A stretch of 64,000 nucleotides of DNA, taken from Chiloscyllium plagiosum. Taxonomy: Eukaryota. The stretch spans positions 24,107,933-24,171,932 of the forward strand of contig NC_057719.1 of NCBI RefSeq assembly GCF_004010195.1. The letters are read 5' to 3'. Positions 13,854-25,788 of this stretch are shown here, piece after piece. The notes under the pieces are model-generated. The model was not told the DNA's origin and did no database searches. It saw only the letters and a list, made by a program, of their open reading frames with translations. The translations under genes were made by a program, and so were the position numbers. Each line of letters opens with the position of its first letter. Position 1 is the stretch's first letter.

Positions 13854-13960
13854 TTAACTCTGATTTCTGTCCACAGATGCTGAACTTTTCCAGCAATTTC
13901 TGCTTTTGTTGTAGAACGCCCTACCTGTCTTATCCATTCTATTATTAGCCTTTTCCCAAT

Positions 13961-14275
13961 AGGGGAGATGTGGACATTATGACAATCTCTAGTAATTCAA
14001 AGTCCCAGGCTAATTCAATTGATGAATTCTGGATATAAAAACTGGACTCAGCAATGGTGACCACTATCATCAGTTGTTGTAGAAATATTTTTGATTTACT
14101 GATCCCTTTTGGGAAGGAGATCTACCATCCTTTGTGGCTCCATCCCCACAGCAATATGAATCTCAACTGTCCTCTGAAATGGCCTAGCATGTCACTCAGT
14201 TAAAGGGAGATTTGAGTTGAAAAACAAATGCAAGTCCTGCAGTAATGCTCACATCCATTGAAATAATTTTAAAAT
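13961..14275 (+). mobile_element. Old SacSINE1-like SINE
   Basis: Degenerate match to the 34176 copy (ggaaggagatctaccatcc...ctgtcctctgaaatggcctagc...acatccattgaa). Confidence 0.55.
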
Positions 14276-15034
14276 AAATCAATATAACCTACATGTAAAT
14301 CTTAACAATTACTTGAAATTACCCTACCTTATGTAACGTAGTCATGGGTGAGTAAAATCAATAGGTATGAATTATAATTACAGAGGTGATTTATAGAGCA
14401 TCAAGCATTGATGTCAACCTAATCTTACTGTAAATCCACAACAGTCAATTAGTTCCAATTTGTAGTTCTACAAAGAATGAAACCTTTTTAAATTGAGAGT
14501 TGTTTAATATTATATATAGAGTAGTCTCAGCCACTTCAAGGAGCTCCTGTAAGTATCATTTCAAAAATACTCTTATTTCCTTTATATTACATCCTTCTGA
14601 AATCAAAATCAGAAATCAAAATTAATTCAACTATCTCTAAGATTACTAAGTAATTAATTTGATCTTAACATTAAAGAATTGCCCCCTTTTAAAGAAATTC
14701 TTTAACTGCACTACACAACTTGATAAATTGTTTTTACATTACTACATCTTAAATGAGAAAAAAAGGCTGCTCAAATTAAATGCAGTAATGTGCAAAGCTA
14801 ATTTCACCTTGACCTGTTCCACTTTTGGAGTCAAGATTTCAACCCTATGATGTAGCAGTAACACAGTTCATATCTCCTCCTGGTATTTTTCATTATGCGC
14901 CCCAGCAGAATTGTTTAGTCTGCACAGCTATTTGTTTAGTTAAACTTCTCGCTGCTCAGACATTTGAAATATTAATGGTTTTTATGCAACATCTAGCATC
15001 CTTATTTCAGTTAAGCAAAGATGTCTACACAGAA

Positions 15035-15270
15035 ATAAATACAAAGAACTGCACTGCTAGAAATCTGAAACAAAACAGAGTGCTGGAGAAACACAGCTCA
15101 TCTAGCAACATCTGTGAAGGGAAAAACAGAGTTTGCATTTCAAGTCTAGTAACTCTTCATTCGAACCATTCTAAAGAAGGGTCACTGGACTTGAAAAATT
15201 AACGCTGCTTTTCTCTCTGCAGATGCTGCCAGACCTGCTGTGTTTCTCCAGCACACACCATTTTTGTGTT
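15035..15270. mobile_element. PLE-derived fold-back relic (family B) with decayed hammerhead motifs
   Basis: gtgctggagaaacacagc...catctg mirrored by cagatg...gctgtgtttctccagcac; centre ctaaaga-agggtc-actg-gactt-gaaa. Confidence 0.7.
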
Positions 15271-15314
15271 ATACGCATAGGTTTGACAATATTTACCCAA
15301 GTTACAATATTTAC

Positions 15315-15422
15315 CCAATTCCTTGTGCTATGAATTCCAGTTGACGACACATACAGGAGCGAACTTCATATTCTACATCCTGGCAAAGTGATTTCACTAG
15401 AGGCAGAATATCTCGTTTTATT
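15315..15422 (-). CDS. PPP4R4: PPP4R4 coding exon (~exon 7), 108 bp, phase 2 to 2
   Basis: tgtctctgcag|A ATA AAA...ATT GG|gtaaat; IKRDILPLVKSLCQDVEYEVRSCMCRQLEFIAQGI(G), HEAT-repeat motif D..YEVR. Confidence 0.97.
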
Positions 15423-16732
15423 CTGCAGAGACAATACAACTGCTTATAGACTATTTTTCTTTGCTTATTTCATGACAAATCTATAATTAATGCATGATTG
15501 CAATATGCCATCTTAGAGCACTAGGGACTAAAGAAACATTGCAAAAAGAGAGAGATCAAAACTACAGCAATCTAAATATTACTCTTGTGAAACAGGAGGT
15601 ATGGGAAATTTGAGAGAAAAGAAAAAGAAATGTAGAGAGAAAGAAAGATAAAGATGAAGACAGAGAAAAAGAAAGACAGATTGATTTATATAGCAGCAAT
15701 TCTCAAACAGTATTATCAGTTTTTATTTCAATCTTTAGTCAATGAGATAAAACAGCTTCCAGAATAAAATGCTTTATTTCATAGTCCATCCAAAACTAAG
15801 GGAATAAACCACATCAGGTGTACGTGCATGCACATGATTTTAGAAAAGGCTATGACAGTCCTCAGCCATATTTTTCACCACCCTACAAGAATTAGTTCCA
15901 TTTACAGAATACTTTTAACATAGAATATACATCAAAGCATAAAATAAAATGGATAAAGGAATGTGCATTTAGTCATGGCAGGAGGGTTGAGAGCGGACTT
16001 AAAAACTTAGCTGCAATGATGATTGAAGGTTGAAGAGGTATCTGAGGATCTCTCACAAATTAACAATAAAGTTAAAATCTTGGCCGTCAATGTTTCAGCA
16101 AAGGGAGGAGAATGCACAGAAATTCAAGGACCAAAGGTGGCGGTTGGAACAGAAGGGTGGAGGAAATTACAATGATAGGTGCAGGAACCTGTACAGATTT
16201 TAAATTCAAGGTTTTGAGGGACAGGGATGCAATGAAGTCAGCAACCTTGGAAAGGATGACGTAATCTGGAGCAAAGGATGAAAACCCACGGTGAAGAATT
16301 CTCAAACTGACAAAAACATGGGTAAGAATTTCAGAAACAGTGGGAGTGACAATATTATAGAGGTGTGAGAAAACAATCTTGGTGCTGGATAAAATTGGAA
16401 AGTTTTATAATTTTGCCCTATATCAAAACAAAAAAAAATTAATATGGACTAAACAATTCACTGGCTGGGAAACAACCAGCAAAAGGGAAGGCAACAGTTC
16501 AGCTCACAAGATTGGTTTGATCTTTCTGATGTGCAGGAGGGAAATGTGACTCCTCCATATTTTGATCTAATACAGGCAGTCCAACCACAGAGGAAGTTTA
16601 AGATGGAGAGACAGTGGAAGAGAGTTGGATGTAATCAGCATACATATTTTACACAGAAACATTTTCTGATCTCAGATCTGCAACATTATTTTGGTGAAGC
16701 ATCACCATCTTTGCACATTATACAAATCAGTA

Positions 16733-17238
16733 CAGGTAGAAGATCCTTTATCTGAACATCCAAACACCGAAAAGCTCCGAAATCCGAAAGTTTTTGTGAA
16801 GTTTTTTTCTCATTAAAAGATTGTTTGGTGAGCAAACAGTTAACCCAAGTCAACATCCACTTGATGCATGTCACTCAAATGCAACGTGGGGGTGGGGGCG
16901 TGACCAAGCACCGACAGGCCTGGGGTTTCTCTGTGAATGCCCCCAAATCGACACCCACTCGATGTGTATCCCTCAGATGTGACATGGGGGACATGGCCAA
17001 GCACTGACAGGCCTGGGCTTTATCTGTGAATGCCCCCAAATCGACGCCCACTCAATGCGTGCCACTCAGATGCGATATGGGGGGGTGTGGCCAAGCAAGT
17101 TCTTACTTAGAAGTCTGTTCCTCCGGTAAGATTTTTAAAAGTTTCACCATTAGACTGTCACTATTCCGAAAACCAAATAATTCCAAATTCCTAAAAATAG
17201 CTGGTCATGAGCATTTCAGATAAAGGGTCTTCTACCTG
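16733..17238. mobile_element. Tc1/mariner (Tigger/pogo-type) non-autonomous DNA transposon, 506 bp
   Basis: 24-bp TIRs caggtagaaga(t/c)cctttatctgaa with one mismatch; TA on both sides. Confidence 0.9.
16870..17097. repeat. ~93-bp tandem repeat (about 2.4 copies) inside the MITE
   Basis: ccaagca at 16904, 16997 and 17091; tctgtgaatgcccccaaatcgac repeated. Confidence 0.85.
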
Positions 17239-19036
17239 TACTAAAAAGTTAAAAGTGCACATTCTTGTACTTTCTTTTTACCTTGTTATAAGTAGTAATA
17301 TTTATATGTTTCTATGTGCTCCAATTTTATTTTCAGTTATCATTTCAAACCAAACTTCACCAGAGCTTTTAATCTATCTACAGAAAGACATGCTGAATAA
17401 AATAACTAGTATCAATTTTTCACAAAATTTAAATATAAAGGCAATAAATGAATTACCAAATCAGATTTTTGTTAAAATACACTAAACAATTATAGAAAAT
17501 AAATACAATATCTACAAAATTTTAGAAAAAAAATGCAAAATAAAGTTTATGAATAACTACAAATGCAATTTAAGACAAGCTAACTCAAAAATGGCATATA
17601 TCCATGAAGCCCAGTCAAAAAAGGATTAACACAGTCTTCAATATGCAATTAAGTATTGTAAAAAAGTACCAAGTGTAACTGCATAGTGGCCATCTTATTG
17701 ATATGCATCTGATAAAACTTCAGCCATTTAATTGTCAAATGAATCCCAAAAGCAAACACATTTGTAAATAACATTTTATACATGGATAGATGGTGTGTGG
17801 ATTAGGAGAATATTTTAATCCAGATTTGGATCAGTGTTTTGGACAACAGTAATCAGCATGCTGGACATTTACAGTCTGTGCACCTTTTGCAAATGTGTAA
17901 AGAGATCCGGGTTCAAGATTATTGCAAGACCCATGACCTTCTGAGATACCCTTCTCTTCCTGGTGTTAGATGAGAAAATCCACATTTTTTAAGTGACTCT
18001 GAATTTCAAGTTCTCTCCAGCCAAAACATAATTTCTACATCTACCTGTCAAGACCCTCAGGACCTTGTATGTTTCAACCAAGTCATCTCTCACTCTTCTA
18101 AACTCCAGCAGATTATAAACTGACTCTGTCCAAGCCTTTCTCATAAGGCAACTCTTTGTTTTCATAGTAAGGGTCCCTGCAAATGAGTACTGTACATGTT
18201 GCTTCTGAAGATTGTAAACAAGGAAAGATACTCATTAACTGGCTATGTTAAACTGATTATTTATGTAACTACTATCTCTCAGGATTGTTCATCTAATGCC
18301 ATGCAATGATAGAATTACATCTATCAAACATTATCAAGCATAGGCTGGTCAGGTATATTTTATACTCTGCTTATTAAGAACAAATGGAAGCACTGGCTAT
18401 TGATTCAATCAATCATGGTGACAATGAAATTCATACATGACTTTTCAGTTAAGCTGTAAAAATAATTTAGATTAATTAGTCATGTTTGTAATGTAGCTCA
18501 TTTACAGTCACAGGCAGGGACCCATTCTCTGCAAGCCTTATACCTTCTTTGTATTAGCTGGGAGCTTGGGCTGCTTATAGTCCCTTGCTGTTTTCTCACA
18601 GCAAAGCCTCAACCAACCACAGTTGACTTGCTAACCACTGAGCATCCTTTTCTCCTATAGCATAAATGGTGATATTAAGCTGCAGCAACATGTTTCTCTT
18701 TTCTGTAATATTTATGTTTTATTCCATTCAAAGTTATTAAATGGGAATACAAGCCAAACTGAACTGTACTGGTTTCTAATTTCAATGCAATAAACATCAG
18801 GTCATGATGTTTTCTATGCAATAAACAACCTGTGCAAGAATATATTATTGACCCAAATTGTATCAGATACTAACTACCATTTTTGATTGTTAAAATGCAA
18901 AAGATATTCAGCCACTCTTGCACATCAGAGTATTCATACAAGATGCATGATAGCAGACTATAGAAAATTCTGTTGCATACATCAGATTTTTGTGCTTACC
19001 AGAGAAGCACTAACAAAAATACCTTGTTCGACTTAC

Positions 19037-19143
19037 ATATGAGATTCAAATTTTCTGGCAACTTTTCCTAGAATCTTGCAGCTAGCTAAACGTGACTGGA
19101 CTGTCTGCGATAGTTGAGCCTTTGAAACCAGTGGGGACAAAAT
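19037..19143 (-). CDS. PPP4R4: PPP4R4 coding exon (~exon 6), 107 bp, phase 0 to 2
   Basis: gcttttatttag|ATT TTG...CAT AT|gtaagt; ILSPLVSKAQLSQTVQSRLASCKILGKVARKFESH(I). Confidence 0.96.
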
Positions 19144-20400
19144 CTAAATAAAAGCAAAAAAAGTTACTCTGGAATGCATTAATTCCCAATTAAGTCACTG
19201 TAAATCAATTTAATACAGTTCCCAATTCAGTATTTTTACATGACACTGTACTGAATAGTTAATGCACAGTAATGACTTTTGAAATTTTATGACTATAAAA
19301 TACTTTATGGAATTACAGGTACAAGGACATGGAGGTATTTGAAAACAAGGATTAGAATTTTAAAATCAGCACATTGCTCATTGATCTATGCTGACTGTTG
19401 ATTAAACAAAAGCACAATATTTCCCTAAAAATTAATCCGAAAAAGAAGTTACAAAATTGTCACTATTTTTTTGCCTGAGTGATAAGGAATTATAATTCTT
19501 ATCAGTATTTGTTACTTCATGCAAATGAAATACTAATGAATGATTCTTCATTAATCTTTTGATCGACGGATGCTTCAATAAAAGATTGATTAGCATGCTG
19601 GACTAATTAATGTGTTAACCATTTCCCTCATTCCATCAAAATCACCATACATCAGAATATTTGTCATTTGTGGAACTAAAAATATTCAACATTTTCTGTT
19701 TGCTTAAACATTTTATTTACTCATCTGTTGAAACCTTGCATTTTTAAAACTTAATTCTTTGTGGTCAGAGAAGAATATTTACCAGACTGTTATTACATCA
19801 GAATCTTTAGTTACCGAAGTTGATTCCAATAAAGTTAATCCCAACAGTCAGCCATTTAATTCTCTGGCTGTTTTAGCACTAATTATAGTGTTCAAATAGA
19901 TATTTTGCTCCCACTCCCTCAACAGCTAACAATGTTTATTGACTGTATTTCCGTCAGCCATTCTCTTTTGTTTATGAAATCAGAGCAGGTCATCACCTAG
20001 TGAACAGTTTAAACAAAAATGAATGAGATCCAGAATTGACAACAAAGGTGGAGCATGTAAACAAATTAAGATTTAAGTTTTGCTTTTTTAAACAAATTAA
20101 GACTCCAACTATAGATATCTCTACTTTAAAAAAAGCTCAAATTTACTCTTTTGAAATAGCTACTTGCAATAAAATCTCCTCCCATTTCTAGGCATTCATA
20201 ATTGTATAATTTTGTATAATGAAAAAATTCTAAAATATAGACTACTGCATATATTAACTGAATACTCATAGCATACAAACATAAATAATAAGAAATGGCT
20301 ATGGTACCCAGGGTCTGCTCTGGCATTCAATAAGATCATGACTTATATTCTACCTTAGCGACACCTTCTTCCCTCTATTCCCATTTCTTTCAATTTCCCT

Positions 20401-20542
20401 TGTATCCAGATAAGAAGAGGAGTGTCAGATATTCTGACACTCAGAGCTGGCTTTGAAGGGGTTGGACCAGTGTCAAGGACTTTCCACGTGCAAATAAAGG
20501 GTGACTTGGTGACAGGATACTGGCCTCTGTGGAGCTATTTCA
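20401..20542 (+). mobile_element. Possible short solo LTR
   Basis: tg...ca ends; aataaa at ~20493 followed by a short U5-like segment ending tatttca; no clear TSD. Confidence 0.4.
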
Positions 20543-22379
20543 TGGATTAAACCTGTATACAGTACTCAAGTACACTCTCAATAAAGACATCCTGGCATTT
20601 GTCACTGTTTTCCATACTGCAATAATCAGGACAGGAAAGAAGTGGCATAACTGTGTCAGCTGCATCAGGCTGCCTGCTATGGAGGGGTCAACAGTGACAC
20701 CCCCCCACTCCTTGTGCACTGAAATAGGCCAAGAGGGAATCTTGAGCACCTTACTCAGCACCTGATACATACACAGCAACCTTCTTCCCATTTTGGATTG
20801 TGCCACTCCTGTTATTGTCCTTTCATAAAAACAGTGAACATTGATCATCTGCACAAAGCTTATTCTCCATCCAAACTTATTGAAATTAATCACAATTCAA
20901 TTTTCAAGGAAGGTGCTTCTGACTTCCTCCTGCAGAGTTATTGGAAGCACAAAGTTGAAAGAAATAATAAAAGTTCTTTAAGTCAAAAGGGAATGATACA
21001 AAACTTTTGAATGAATTTATGTCTGAGTACCCTCAATATATTATTTGCTTCCAATCATGGTGGGTCTTTCGTTGCAGTGCCCATTGCATAAGAACAGGAG
21101 GAGGTTGTTTGACCCCTCTAACCTGTTCTGTAATTTCAGGAGATCATGGCTGATCTGTGGTCTAACTCCACACACCCAGCTTTGTTCCATATCCTCTAAT
21201 ACTTTTGCAAGGTCTGGTTCTAATTTTTAGACTATAGCCTCTGGATCTGGAAACCGTCATCGAGTGGAATAGTCTCTCTCAAATAACCTTATGTTTCAGT
21301 TAATGTGTGAAAACTTCACTTAAATAATGCCTTAACTTTCTAAATTAGAGTCTACTATGTTTCTAACCATCCCCAGTTCTGATACAAGATTATCGACTTG
21401 AAACGTTGAGATGTTTTTATGAGCCCCTGCTCGGAATGTTTTCAGTCGAGACATAGAAAAACAGATTACATGGCTAATCTTCAAACCCATCCTGGAGCGG
21501 ACACCATGATATGCTAATTCAGCAAGGGCCAACATCAGAAGCTGTCTGACATTTTTAAATTAATAATGAAAGATCAACAAGGCTTGTTAACAAGGCTTGT
21601 TATTGATGTGAATAATACACTGCCTATGCCATAACATGGTTGGCATAAGCAGTTAGGTAGGTTTCGGCAGCCTAGTCCAACAACTCCCGTTAACTCAAAA
21701 ATCTGAAGATAGCACCATCCTCTTCCTGTGTGTCTTCTGTACAAGCCCTACCCCATACGCTCCAGGATGACCAAACACTCCATGCCCAATACACCAAACC
21801 TAGCTCACTCTGAGATCCATCAGATCTTCTTCATAGGAATCACTGCAGTTTCAGCGGTGCCCACTACCAAACTCTTAGTATTGCTGGGACTGCTGGAGCT
21901 GTCAACCAAAGAGTAGGATTTCCTGGCATTGACGTGCAGAGGTCTTACTCACCACGACAAGGTATGCTGTGTGCAAGCAGGCTTTTCAGTCTCTCAGTTT
22001 CTGGTATTCCAATTGTTTCTTAATTACTTTCTGAATTCCACTCATGATATTTTAATGATGCATCTACAGGGACCCTCAGTCACTTTTGATAATCACAGTT
22101 TCTAGATTACATTACAAAGTATCCTGTGCTATCCTTTTTAGATCCAAAGTGGGTAACATTCAATTAACTGATCAATATATCTTTGTGATGTTATACTTCT
22201 ACCAACTCTACTTACATTGCTGCAAAGATAGGTTACATCAACAAAATTTGGACATATGGATTTCTATCCCATCAGCTCAATTGCCTGTTAAAATGATGAA
22301 TACTTGAGGACTAACAAATCATTGCAGGACATCATTCGTGATATCCTGTAACACGAATGTTTTTCCACTATTCTGGACC

Positions 22380-23970
22380 TCTGCCTAGCCAGACTTCTAG
22401 CCAGGTTTCTAACCAGGTCAATAACCTGCTTTGAATTCACATGCTTCAACTTTAGCTAACAGGTCTTTTGTGAACAACTTCACCAAATACTTTCTGAAAG
22501 TCCAATATTTTAGTCACCTCTTCAAAGAATTCAATCTGATTCACTCAGCATGGTTTACGCTTTATAAGTAAGACCATAGGATGCAAAAGCAGAAGTAGGC
22601 CATTCAGCCCATTGCATCTGATCAGCCATTCAAAGATCTCACTTTCCTGCTTTTTCCCTCATAACCCCAATACACTTATAGTTAAAACTCAGCCTCAGCT
22701 TCAAATATACTGAACGACCTAGCCTTGACAGCCCTCTGGGGCAAAGAAGTCCATAGATGCACCTCACACAGAGAAGAAATTCTTCCTCAGTCTTAAGCGA
22801 GCAGCCCCTTATTCTAAGATCATGTCCTCTAGCCCAAGACTCTCCACCAGCCTCTCTGCAGCTACCCTGTTAAGAATCCGAAGAATCTTAGACATTTTTA
22901 TAAGGTCACCTCTCATTCTTTTATACTCACAGAATCCCTGTGGTGTGGCAAAAGGGCTATTCAGCCAGTCGAATCCACACCAACCCTCCCAAGAGCATCC
23001 CACTGAGTTCCAGCCTCCCAACCTGATTCCTGTAACACTGCATTTAGCATGGTTACTCTATTTAGTCTGCACATCCTTGGACACTAGGGGAAATTTACCA
23101 TGGCCAATCCATCTAATCTACACATGTTTGGACTGTGGAAAGAAACTGGAGCATCAGTAGAAATCCACAAAGTCATGGGGAGAACATCCGTGTAAAGTTT
23201 GCACAATCATCCAAGGCTGGAATTGAACCCAGGCCACTGGAGATGTGAGGCAGCAGTACTAACCACTGAGCCAACATTGAGTATAGGCCCAAACTATTCA
23301 AACTCTCTTCATAACAGGATCCCTCCATACTTGAGGTCCACCTGCTGAATTTTCTGTGGATTGCATACAGTATACCTTTCATTAGAAATCAAAACTGTTC
23401 ACATTAAACCAGGTGTCATCTCGCTAGTGCCTTATATAGCTTTCTCTATTTATAGATTAAAATCCCTTTGAAGTAAAGGCAACGGTCCATTTGCCTTCCC
23501 TATTACCACCTGAAAGTGATGTTACCTTTTAATGAATTATGCATGAGGACTCATAAATTTTCTGTGCTGCAGCTTTCTGTATTTAAATAATATTCAGCTT
23601 CTCTATTCACATTTTCCCACATAATAATCTGTCGGCCAAGTTTCTGCCGACTCACTTAATCTATGTCACTCAGCAGACTGTATTATCCTTTTGCTTTCCC
23701 ACCTATTTTTACATCATCTACAAACTTAGCTATAGTACATGCACTTTCATCATCAAATCATTAACATATATTCTAAATAATCCTGGTTCCATAGTGGCAC
23801 TCCACCAGTTACAGGTTGCCAGACTGAAAGTCACTCCTTATCCCAATTCTGTTTTCTATTAGCCAGCCAATAAGTCATTCATGCTAATTACTACCCTCAA
23901 CACCAGGGGCTTGTGTCTTACTAAGTAGCCTATCATGTGATTCCTTATAAAAGCCTTCTGGAAATCCACA
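22380..23970 (-). mobile_element. Degenerate nested CR1 fragments
   Basis: Minus-strand translations MRGDLIK..KIL, YEESLNSLGLYS; 3' tail at ~22570. Confidence 0.75.
22927..23276 (-). mobile_element. Old HE1-type SINE nested in CR1
   Basis: tggccaatcc...tttggactgtgg...gtgaggcagcagtactaaccactgagcc. Confidence 0.8.
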
Positions 23971-24261
23971 GTGACTCTCCTTGTTAGGTGAAAGCTTGCA
24001 AAGAGTGGAATTTCACTGATGGAAGGAGGATTTTCTTTCTCTTTGAGGGTTGAGAGTTTTTTGAAGTCCGTGCCTCAGATAGCTACAGGGATAGAATACT
24101 TGTGTATATTTATGGCTGAGATAGATAGATTCTTGATCAGTAGGGGAATCAAGGATTACATGGAAAGTAGACATGAGGAACGTCAAATCAGTTATGATGC
24201 TATTGACTGGCAGAGCAGGCACAATAGGCCACATGACCTACTCCTACTCATAGTTCTTATG

Positions 24262-24460
24262 ATTTGGAGGTGCCGGTGTTGGACTGGGGTGTACAAAGTT
24301 ACAAATCACACAACACCAGGTTATAGTCCAACAGGTTTAATTGGAAGCACTAGCTTTCGGAGCGCCGCTCCTTCACCTGATGAAGGAGCGGCGCTCTGAA
24401 AGCTAGTGCTTCCAATTAAACCTGTTGGAGTATAACATGGTGTTGTATGATTTGTAGCTT
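24262..24460. mobile_element. PLE-derived fold-back insertion (hammerhead family A)
   Basis: Arms 24296-24375 and 24381-24460 (5 mismatches); near-perfect TSD cata(g/t)ttcttatg at 24249-24261 and 24461-24473; inserted in the tail of a CR1 fragment (~23990-24480). Confidence 0.9.
24374..24408 (+). ncRNA. Minimal type I hammerhead ribozyme motif
   Basis: CAC-CUGAUGA-A-GGAGC-GGC-GCUCU-GAAA-GCUA-GUG: helix I CAC/GUG, helix II, palindromic AGCU in place of helix III, CUA cleavage triplet; activity not shown. Confidence 0.75.
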
Positions 24461-25239
24461 CATATTTCTTATGGTCTTGGAGCCTAATCTGATATCCTAG
24501 ATAGCACAAATTTTTCACATGTAAGTCAGAGCTGGTAGCTGATGGCTGCAGCTTGCTAAATGCTCATCCTGGCCATCATCCACTTTGGCTTCAGTGTAAT
24601 GGCTCTGCCACCATCATTCTTGACCTTTGGCCATACAAGTCAGCAGCAGCAAGCCACCAGCATCACCACACCATCATGCCTGTTCTCCAACCAATGCAGA
24701 CACTTCAAACCTACAACACTCAGGGACTCCAAGAATGTGCACTTGAACCAGGTCATCTTGCATACAGGGACACATACATCATCTCATGCAGCAACACAGG
24801 TTCTTAGTTGATTTTCTTAACACTCACTCATTTTGCGCTTACTTAGAGATGACGAATCTCTGTATGCTTCACTGAATGAGAAGCAGGCAGCTTTCCACAG
24901 TGGCAAGAACTGAACAAGAACAAAATATTCAAGGGGGGTGGAACATGTAACTGCATGGCACTCTGCAACATCAATATCTCACATGCAGCATGAGCAAACA
25001 GCTTACACAGTAAATATAATACATGCACTTCAGGAAAACGGCCACGTCTGAAAGGTAAAGTTGTACAGTCTTCAAAGGGGCCAAGGAAGACTACAGTCAA
25101 GTCAAGGGATACAACCATAATCAGTCAAGACAGTTTCCTGATTTCAGTCCAGGGCATTAGGTACAGTAGAGAGACCAAACAGCTGTCTAAGAGCCCAGGG
25201 ATCTGTGTTGTTTCAGACAGACAGGGGATTGAGACACAG

Positions 25240-25788
25240 TCACTCCTGAGTACAAGGCGTTGGTCAGGCGACTATTGGAATACTGCACGCAATTCTGGTT
25301 CAAGGATTCAGAAAAGATTTACAAGGATGTTGCCAGGGTTGGAGAGTTTGAGCTACAGGGAGCGGCTGAATAGGCTGGGGCTATTTTCCTTGGAGGACAG
25401 AGGCTGAGGGATGACCTTATAGAGGTTTATAAAATCATGAGGGGCAGGGATAGGGTAAATAGACAAGATATTTTCCCTGGAGTGGGTGAGTCCAAAACTA
25501 GAGGGCACAAGTCTAAGGTGAGAGGGGGAAGATTTGAAAGGAATGTAAGGGGCACCGTTTTTACACAAAGGATGGTGCATGTATGGAATGAGCTGCCAGA
25601 GGAAGTGGTGGAGGTTGATACAATTACAACATTTAAAAGGCACCTGGATGGGGATATGAATAGGAAGGGTTTCGAGGTATATGGGCCAAATGTTGGCAAA
25701 TGGGATTGGGTCAGATTGAAATGTCCGGTTGGCGTGGACAAGTCGGACTAAAGGGTCTGTTTCTGTGCTGTAGAGTCTAACTCTATAA
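25240..25788 (+). mobile_element. CR1 LINE 3' fragment
   Basis: ORF 25437..25751 (HVWNELPEEVVE..TITTFKRHLD); ctcta tail. Confidence 0.9.

Larger units (their letters stand above)
11805..13911. mobile_element. PLE-derived fold-back relic (family B), arms 11805-11924 and 13854-13911, split by CR1
   Basis: acagaaattgatggaaaa...catctgtggagagaaatcag is mirrored by ctgatttctgtccacagatg...ttttccagcaatttctg; ttaa at both CR1 junctions. Confidence 0.7.

Noticed and set aside
16870..17097. Regularly spaced repeats as a CRISPR array
   Set aside because: Whole units repeat with no unique spacers; eukaryotic MITE context
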